Notes under the pieces: generated by a model
Seen by the model: the letters and a program-made list of their open reading frames with translations, nothing else
The model's database searches: none
Told to the model about the DNA's origin: nothing
Shown here: positions 55,843 through 64,000 of the stretch, one piece after another
How positions within the stretch are numbered: position 1 is the stretch's first letter
Layout: every line of letters begins with the position of its first letter
Translations under genes and position numbers: made by a program
NCBI GenBank assembly: GCA_033442325.1
Contig: JAWQFM010000004.1
Span: 676,979-740,978 of the forward strand
Source of the DNA: Salpingoeca rosetta
Lineage: Eukaryota > Protista > Choanoflagellata
DNA: 64,000 bases
Reading direction: 5' to 3'

Positions 55843-56435
55843 NNNNNNNNNNNNNNNNNNNNNNNNNNNNNNNNNNNNNNNNNNNNNNNNNNNNNNNNNN
55901 NNNNNNNNNNNNNNNNNNNNNNNNNNNNNNNNNNNNNNNNNNNNNNNNNNNNNNNNNNNNNNNNNNNNNNNNNNNNNNNNNNNNNNNNNNNNNNNNNNNN
56001 NNNNNNNNNNNNNNNNNNNNNNNNNNNNNNNNNNNNNNNNNNNNNNNNNNNNNNNNNNNNNNNNNNNNNNNNNNNNNNNNNNNNNNNNNNNNNNNNNNNN
56101 NNNNNNNNNNNNNNNNNNNNNNNNNNNNNNNNNNNNNNNNNNNNNNNNNNNNNNNNNNNNNNNNNNNNNNNNNNNNNNNNNNNNNNNNNNNNNNNNNNNN
56201 NNNNNNNNNNNNNNNNNNNNNNNNNNNNNNNNNNNNNNNNNNNNNNNNNNNNNNNNNNNNNNNNNNNNNNNNNNNNNNNNNNNNNNNNNNNNNNNNNNNN
56301 NNNNNNNNNNNNNNNNNNNNNNNNNNNNNNNNNNNNNNNNNNNNNNNNNNNNNNNNNNNNNNNNNNNNNNNNNNNNNNNNNNNNNNNNNNNNNNNNNNNN
56401 NNNNNNNNNNNNNNNNNNNNNNNNNNNNNNACGAC

Positions 56436-56514
<79 letters not shown>

Positions 56515-57120
56515 TTGATGCCCTTCTTCTTTGATTGGGACATGTGCCTTTGTGGTGCTTCTACTTGTGAGCGCTGGTTCTTGTCCGTGGTTTGGGGAGA
56601 ACTGTCTCGATCCGTGCACACGGCATCATCAAAGTGGGCGCCCATGTGCTCCAAATATGTCGCCTGCTCGTCATCAGACGTGTCGTATGCGCTGCTGTAC
56701 TCGGTCTCTTGGATGCGTTCAAAGGCGCAGGTGGTGCGCGCGTGTGGTTCAGACTCCAAGCGCATGTTTCGTTGCAGATACAAAGCAGAACTGTTCGCCT
56801 TTGGCCCCAGCTCTGTTGGGGACACGTGTCGCGATGCCTCGCCCACGCGGGCTATTGGCTTGTGCGTGACCACAACGACGGGGCTGGCGGTGTTGTTGCG
56901 GACACCGTCTGCCGTTGCTCCCGCACTGATGCCGGTTGAGTAGTCTGTGCTCTGGAAGACCACGCTGTTGGTGGAGGCGTTGGCTTTTGAGCTGCGGCTG
57001 TAGGCAGTGGTGGGAATTTGGTGCGAGGGGCTGTTGGGCCCCGACTTGAGTCGTCTGGCAGGCATGGACGCCACGCCGCCGCTGTGTTCCGGCTTGGCAA
57101 AGTTCATGATGATGCTCTGC
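54683..57120 (-). CDS. Divergent eIF4E-like protein with a long low-complexity N-terminus (start uncertain; N-gap inside)
   Basis: Exons 55710-55652, 55381-55310, 55071-54941, 54755-54683 join to MYIGGSRGAKPPCWE-RYSGGGMFLL..ADEAWERACFAAIG..FQGLACTRRGKRFLLQCW; upstream exon ~57120-56515. Confidence 0.6.
55843..56430. other. Assembly gap inside the eIF4E-like gene
   Basis: N run flanked by (CA)n. Confidence 0.99.
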
Positions 57121-57253
57121 ACAATTGTGCGCGCGCGTGCGTGTGTGTGTATGAGGTATGAGGTAATAGCGTTCGCGTGCGAGTTGTGGTGAGGTGGACG
57201 TGAGCGTGAGATGAGGTGTCAAACAAAACACAGAACTTCATCGCCGTTGAGCG

Positions 57254-57337
<84 letters not shown>

Positions 57338-57599
57338 TACACATGCATGTGCAATTCACAAGCACCATCACTCCCTCCCACCTTGCTTGGCTGGATGAAA
57401 GGATCGTCAGAGCGCAGCAGGCTTCTTGAGCTGCTTCTTGGCTGGTTGGCGAGTTGGTGACTTGCTGCAGGTGCTCTTGCTTGTTGGCAAGAAGAAGAGG
57501 AGAGGCAAATCGCACACACAAGACCGCCCACCGCCGCCTCGCGTTTCCCCTCGCCCCAAGAACAAAGCATCAAACAACACACAGCAACTCTTCTCCTCC

Positions 57600-58105
57600 T
57601 TCATCGTCGCGTTTGCTTCATTTCGCGTTCGTCCGCCTTTGCCTCAACTGTTCGTTTGCTTCTCGTTGAAATTCGCGGCATCTTGGTCGTGGTCCGGATG
57701 GGCGAGCGAAGTGCCCGGTTGATACATCGGGGTGACTTTTTCACGTAAAATTATGAGTCTTGTGCTAATTTGCCATGATTTCGGCTGATGATCGTCGATT
57801 GCCCTCGCTCAAGCACATCAGGCCAAGTGGTGCGAACGACGACCCAAGCAAAACCAAAAACAACCAGCCACGCTCCCTTGGCTGCCTTGCTCCCATAACC
57901 GCCCTTGTGTCAGCGTCTCTGTGTGCTCGTGTTTGTCAGCGACCAAGCTTAAGTGAGTGTATGAAGCCAAGCAAACAGACAGGAGAAGGCTCTCTCTCTC
58001 TCTCTCTCACACACACTCACACACACACACACACTCTCTCTCTGTGGTCAAAGATACCCTGCGCACCCCGCCTAAACCAAGCTGGGTGGAGCGCAGCCAG
58101 CCATC
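57600..58105. promoter_or_regulatory. Divergent promoter region (eIF4E-like / SCAF4-8)
   Basis: Head-to-head genes; AT-rich core at 57735-57785. Confidence 0.45.
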
Positions 58106-58677
58106 ATGCCAAAGACGCCCATCCCAGCCTTTGAAGCAGAGGTGTGTGCGTTCTGCCCGTGCTGTGTTTGTTTGTGTTGCTGTAATTGTGTCTCGTGGAT
58201 AGTGGAGGGCTGTGTGAAAGGTTGCTGCGCTGCCGTTGTTCATACCACACACACCTTCTCTCACGCTTATATGCTTCTCTTCTTTTCCGTGCAGCTTGCT
58301 TCTCTCAAGGCACCCGTGTCGCAAGACAAGATTCGCACCTTGACCAAACTTGCACTCACCGACTACTTCAAGGTAAGCACAGGACAGCTCACCAAGCCTG
58401 CTCTTGTCGCGACGACCCGTCATCGCTTTGTTCGTGGCTTTGTTCGTGTCTTTGTCAAGCCTTGCCCTCTTTTGACACTCCTTCTCCTACTCACCCACCC
58501 ACCACGTCTTCCTTATCTCTTCTCTTGTTTCGCGTTGACAGTACTTCAAGTTTGTGGTGTTCCACATTGAGCGGTCCATCTCCAAGGCTCGCTCCGATCT
58601 CAAAGTGCCTCTGCTCTATGTCATCGACTCCATCATCAACAACTCTCGGCACAAGGTGTGTGTGTGGGGGAGTGGGG

Positions 58678-58745
<68 letters not shown>

Positions 58746-60022
58746 GGAGGGTGTATGTAATTTGCGTGTGAAGGTTCTTGTGCGCATTTGCGTGTGTTTC
58801 AGCTTCCCGCGTGTATTTCCGTCATCGTGTTGCGTTCACACACAGCTCCCCCCTCTGCTGCGACTCGCGCTGTGCAATGTGTCCATCAACGCTCATGTAT
58901 GACAGTATGGAGACGAGGACGTGTATGCGCCTCGATTCGGAAAGGCCATCAAGCCAACCTTCCAGCATCTCTTCAAGTGCAGCTCCGCAGATCAGGTGTG
59001 TTGATCGCTGCGACCTGCCTTACACGTCTGCTGAAGTGTGCGCTTGTGCGCCTTGTTTGTGTGTGCGCTTGTGTGCTCGTGTACATGTTCGCCTTGTTTG
59101 TGGGTGTGCGTGTGCTTGTATGTGCGTGTGGGTGTGCGTGTGCTTGTGCGCGTGCCTGTGCCGTTCTGCTGGTGACAGCAGCCTTGCGTTGTGTGTTGCG
59201 TGTTGCACCTCCTTTCGCCAGCCACTGACTCAGTGTCCTGCTTGCTTCCCCCCCCCCCCAAAAAAAAACTCACACGCACAACGCTGCTGTTCCCCCCCCC
59301 CCCATAGAAACGCGTGATGCAAGTGCTGAAACTGTGGAAGAAGAACAACGTCTATTCAGAGGAGGTGAGCACTTTAGCATCATCTTTTGTGGCCGCCTTC
59401 AGCACTGCATGCAAATGCTCAATTCTTCTGCCGTGCACTGAGCATGGCCGCCGTCGTCATTTCTTCCCTCCAACCAAGCACTCGCGTCTAGACACAATCC
59501 ACATCGTGCCTTTCCCCTCACCCTGCTTCAACCCCTTTTCCACCATCCCCCCCCCCTGTCCATGACTTGCGCGTGCCCCTACCATCGGTCGTCTCGCCTC
59601 TCACCTCTGTCTCGTTGTGCCTCCCCCCCCCCCGCTTCCATCAGCTGATTGATTCGCTGGTTCCGCCCGCGCTGCGCGAGGATTTTGCCCCCAAACCCGC
59701 CGCGAAACCAGACACACAGGGACACCCAGATCCCATTGAGGTTAGTTTGCATGTTGTGTTCGTTGTTTGTGTTAATGTGCTCTTTTTGTATTTGTCGTTT
59801 GTATGCGCTGTGTGTGAGAAAGAGAGAAAGGGAGAGATGGAGAGCTTGGCGGGAATGGGAGAGAGCGTTATCGCTTCTCCGCGCGCCTTGTCGTCTCCAC
59901 GTGCCGGCTCCCTTGCCCCTCTGTCTCTCTTTCTGTGCATTGTTCAGAGCCACATGCCACGGTATTTCGCCGAATTAACGCGAATCTTCCTTTCCTCCCT
60001 CACAACACGCACATCCACACAT

Positions 60023-60100
<78 letters not shown>

Positions 60101-61624
60101 TCCCTCTCTTTCTATTTCTTTGTTGTTGCTGTTTGACTCCACCACAGAGCATCTTGAACAGCTTTGCGTACGATGATGAGGACGATTCTGCTGGTGGTGC
60201 TCGCACAACGCCGCCACCTGCGCAAACATCAGCTGCACCAGCGGAACAGCAGCAGCCGCAATCACACACACAGCCGCCTGCGCAGGGCGAGACACCATCG
60301 TCAGCAGCGCCCACCAATGCATCTGCTGATGCAAATGCTCTTGGTTCGTTGGCGGCCTTGTTTGGCCAGGGAGGTGGCGGAGTGTCGGAGTCTGATATCC
60401 TTGCCCAGCTGTCTGCCATTGTAAATGAAGGCGATGAAAGCACCACCCCGCGTCCATCGAGTGAGCAACAACAAGCTGCACCACCGCAGCGCGTGCAAGA
60501 CCCGCGCGCCGCGCTCTTGGGTCAGGCTGCGCAGCCACCAGCCACCACCACCACCACCACCCACACCCCTCCACCCGCACCGCAGCAGCAACAGACATAC
60601 GACCAACACAGCCACACCCTGCACGCGCTACAGCAACAGCAGCAGCGGCAGCAGCAGCAGCACCAGGCTAACAGTGTGCTTGGTGCGCCGCCACCCAAGG
60701 CCGACATGTCGCCCGAGGAGATTCTGCGACAGATGCCGCCCGCCGCTAACGAATGCCCCGAGGGCTGCATTCGACGTAGGTCAAAAAGAAAAGACACCAC
60801 CACGTCCGTTGTGGACGTGCGTGTGTGTGTGTGTGTGTGTGTGCGTGCGTGTGTGTGTGTGTGTGTGTGTGTGCGTGTGGAAAAGGGGGGGGGGTTGCGA
60901 GTCGCATCGCATCAGAGTTGATCTGCCATTTTGTATTTGGCCCTGTCCAAAGCGAACAGTGTAGCTGTGCAGCCAGCGTTTGCGTGGTTCTTTGCTGTCA
61001 TGTCACTCACTTGCTCTCTTGTGTACCTTCCTGTCTGTGTTTTGTTTTTTGCTTCTGTGTGTGTGTTTGCATGTGTGTGTGTGTGTGTTTCTAGTGGCGA
61101 GCTCGACGCTGTGGATTGGCAGTCTGCCGTCTGACATCACCAAGGAGCAAGTGCTGCGCCTCGTCCGCGACTACGGTGTCCTCAAGCCGGGCCACATCAA
61201 GGTGCGTCTGCAGCCATGCTTTACACCACGCACACACACGCACATACGCACACGCACGCTTGGTTGCACCTGCTGTTTGTGTGCAGTCGCTCTTTCGACG
61301 TGCTTTTACCTTGCGCACAGACCATCGGCTCACAAACGACCCGTTTCCCCTTGTCGTCTTGCTGCTCCTCGACTGTGCATCTCCAACACCCGACCCGAAA
61401 TGAACAACGAATCGGCTGTGTGGTTGTGTGACTGTGTGGCGTTCCCATTGCATCACACACAACCCTGTCACGTGGCACACCTTGCATTCTGAAACCCGTA
61501 ACGCAACGCAACGCAACGCCGTGAACAACCCGACACGTTGCGCTTGTTCGACATTGGCGCGCGTTCCCACCGCATCACAAAACGCAACGCACCACCCGTC
61601 GCGCACTACGACACAATTACATCA

Positions 61625-61664
<40 letters not shown>

Positions 61665-61695
61665 CACAACCATACGGCACGCACACACACCACAA

Positions 61696-61767
<72 letters not shown>

Positions 61768-63722
61768 CACCACCATACACGACACACACAGGTTGATCCT
61801 GCGAAGCACCAAGCGTTTGTGATTTTGAGCTCGCACCAGGCGACGGGGGCGGCGCACAATGCGCTCAACAACACGGAGGCGTTTGGCCGCACCATCCAGG
61901 TCCTTTGCTCGCGTGTGCTCGCCCTGCCCATGCTTCTGCCTGCACTGTCCTGCCTGCCATTGCCTTTGGTTGTCTCCCCTCGCCTGCGCTATGAACGAAA
62001 AGTTGGTCCTTGCATTGAAAGTCGAGAACACAACAAGCTCGTTGCCCCCTCCTCTCTCCCATGTTATCTTTACTGCCTCTTGTTTGACGCGAGCGACAGC
62101 CAACACACGAGACGCACGAGACACACACGCGCGCGTTCGAACGAACACCACGCACACTCATGCACGCGTGTCAAGCGCACATTGAAAGCACGTTCACCCG
62201 CCTCACCCAATTGTGCTGTGTTCATTTTGGTTGTGTCGTGTTCAAATTGGTGGTGAATGTGTTTTGTTTTGTTTTGTGTGACCCGCATGGTCACTGTTGT
62301 TGTCGGTTTGTGTTTGTGTTGTGGTGTGATTGATGTTGTCCCGTTAAACCCTTGTGTGCGATCTTCCTCGTGTCTCTTCCTCTTCCCCTCCCTTCCCTTC
62401 CACTCTTTCTGTCTGCATCTGTCTCCTCTTGCTTCCCCCAACAGACAAACTTTGCGCGCGGGTTCCGGCAGCGCAACAACATTGGCTGGGATGTGCAAAC
62501 AGGCTATTCCTTCCTGCCCCTCGGCGATGTGGAGCCCACCGACCTCCGCGGCTACACCCAGGGCTGTGTTGTCGACCGCGCCACCTGCCCCGCACACCTC
62601 CTCCAGGACCTTGACCGCTTCCCGCACGTCCACTTCCGCACGCAGCCGGACCTCCTTCAGCTTGCCTATGGCGACCGCGCCCCCCGCGGCCTGCGCCCGG
62701 GCCACGTTGCCCCCGCCCTTCGCCAGCCGGGCGAGGACGCCGACGGCCTTCCACGCCTCGTCTGGGAGGACCGCGATCTCCGCGACGCGCGCCCACGCCG
62801 CCGCTCACGCTCGCCCCCACCGCGCAGAGGCTACGACAGGCGGGACCGCAGTCATCGCGGTGATCGCGGTGATCGTGGTGATCGCGGTGATCGCGGTGAC
62901 CGTGAGCGAGGAGCACCACCCCACCGCCCGTTTGGCCGCGGTGGGCGGCGCCACGAGGACGACGAGGACCTGGATGACGTGTTTGCCATCCGCAACAAGG
63001 GCCGCACGCGCGCCAGCAGCATGAGCCCGGACCGCCGTGATGGCAGTGGCAGTGGGCGACGTGACGGCGATGATGGCGGTGTACGCCGCAGGTCCCGCTC
63101 ACGCTCACGCTCGCCGATTCGCAGCCGGGATGTTGGGCACGCCAACGGCCACGCGCCAGCTGCTGCTGCTGCTGCTACTGGTCGGCATCCTCAGCCTCAG
63201 CCGCAGCAGCACCAGCAGCAGCATCAACCACAACCGGACAATGTCCATCCTGAGCGCGCAGCCCAGGTGCCGTCGGCTGTTGCTCCAGGTATGGCACGCC
63301 CCTCTCCGCCACACCGCCCACCACACCCGCACCACCCACAGCAGCACAGGCCGCCACACATGCCGCCAGCACCCCACATGCGTCCGCCCATGCCGCCGCC
63401 ACCGCATCGGCCAGGGATGCGACCGGAGCATCCTCGCATGATGCGCCCGCCGTTCCCGCCACACCCATACACGCAGGCACAGGCGCACGCGCACGCACAG
63501 CAGGCGCCAAAGCCCGGGGGTGTGCTCCCCACTTCCGCTCCCGCACCGGCCCCACACCGGCCACCCCCTCCGCACGCCAACAGGCAGCAGCCACCGCAGC
63601 AGCAGCAGCAGCAGCCACGCAAGAGCCGGTGGGGTCAGCCAACGCAGCCGCCACAACAGCAGCACAGACACGATGCCCCACTGCTCACCCCGCCCGTTCA
63701 GAACTGGGTTGCGCAGCAATAA
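58106..63722 (+). CDS. RNA Pol II CTD-interacting CID-RRM protein, SCAF4/SCAF8 (Nrd1/Seb1-like)
   Basis: CID: KVPLLYVIDSI..DVYAPRF..VLKLWKKNNVY; RRM: ASSTLWIGSL..AFV; post-RRM WDVQTGYSFLP; RS/RD and Pro-rich tail. Confidence 0.88.
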
Positions 63723-63732
63723 TATCCAACCC

Positions 63733-63799
<67 letters not shown>

Positions 63800-64000
63800 T
63801 TCGTTGTGTTCCGTTTCCTTTAGATGGCGCAAACTACTTGACCCGCTTTTTGTTGTCCGCATTGCCGTCGTGTGTTGATTCTAGATCAGCAAGCGACTGA
63901 TGATTGTTGTTCGTCGATATCCGTCGTTTATTTAAGCTCACTCTCTGCAGGTGCAAAGCACGCCCCCTCCCCTCCTTCTTTCTCCCTTTGTTCCCTTGTT

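Noticed and set aside
57770-57795. ATGATT..CTGATGA resembling C/D snoRNA boxes
   Set aside because: Spacing too short and no terminal stem or guide evident
62860-62905. RGD repeats (RGDRGDRGD) as integrin ligands
   Set aside because: Part of the RD/RS low-complexity region of a nuclear RNA-processing protein

Overview
Intron-rich, GC-rich eukaryotic DNA saturated with (CA)n/(GT)n microsatellites and containing seven N-gaps. The style (microsatellite introns, animal-type tyrosine kinase, C-type lectin) suggests a choanoflagellate such as Salpingoeca rosetta; this is inference. I traced exons by hand through GT..AG junctions and intron phase, giving about 15 genes: a polycystin-1-like 5-TM receptor with dermatopontin-like and C-type lectin ectodomains, REXO4, EDRF1, a type II mucin-like membrane protein, two convergent S10 serine carboxypeptidases, a Maf pyrophosphatase, a giant ANK/atypical-kinase/LRR/TBC/tyrosine-kinase fusion, the 3' part of a phospholipase B-like gene, a small membrane protein, a stand-alone FAS-type acyltransferase lacking its catalytic Ser, two intronless secreted 7-repeat beta-propeller paralogs, a divergent eIF4E-like gene and a SCAF4/8 (Nrd1-like) CID-RRM gene. 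The most notable items are the dual-kinase/TBC fusion and the dermatopontin-lectin-GPS-polycystin receptor. No tRNA, rRNA, CRISPR array or recognisable transposon was found. Domain calls come from motif recognition, not database searches.
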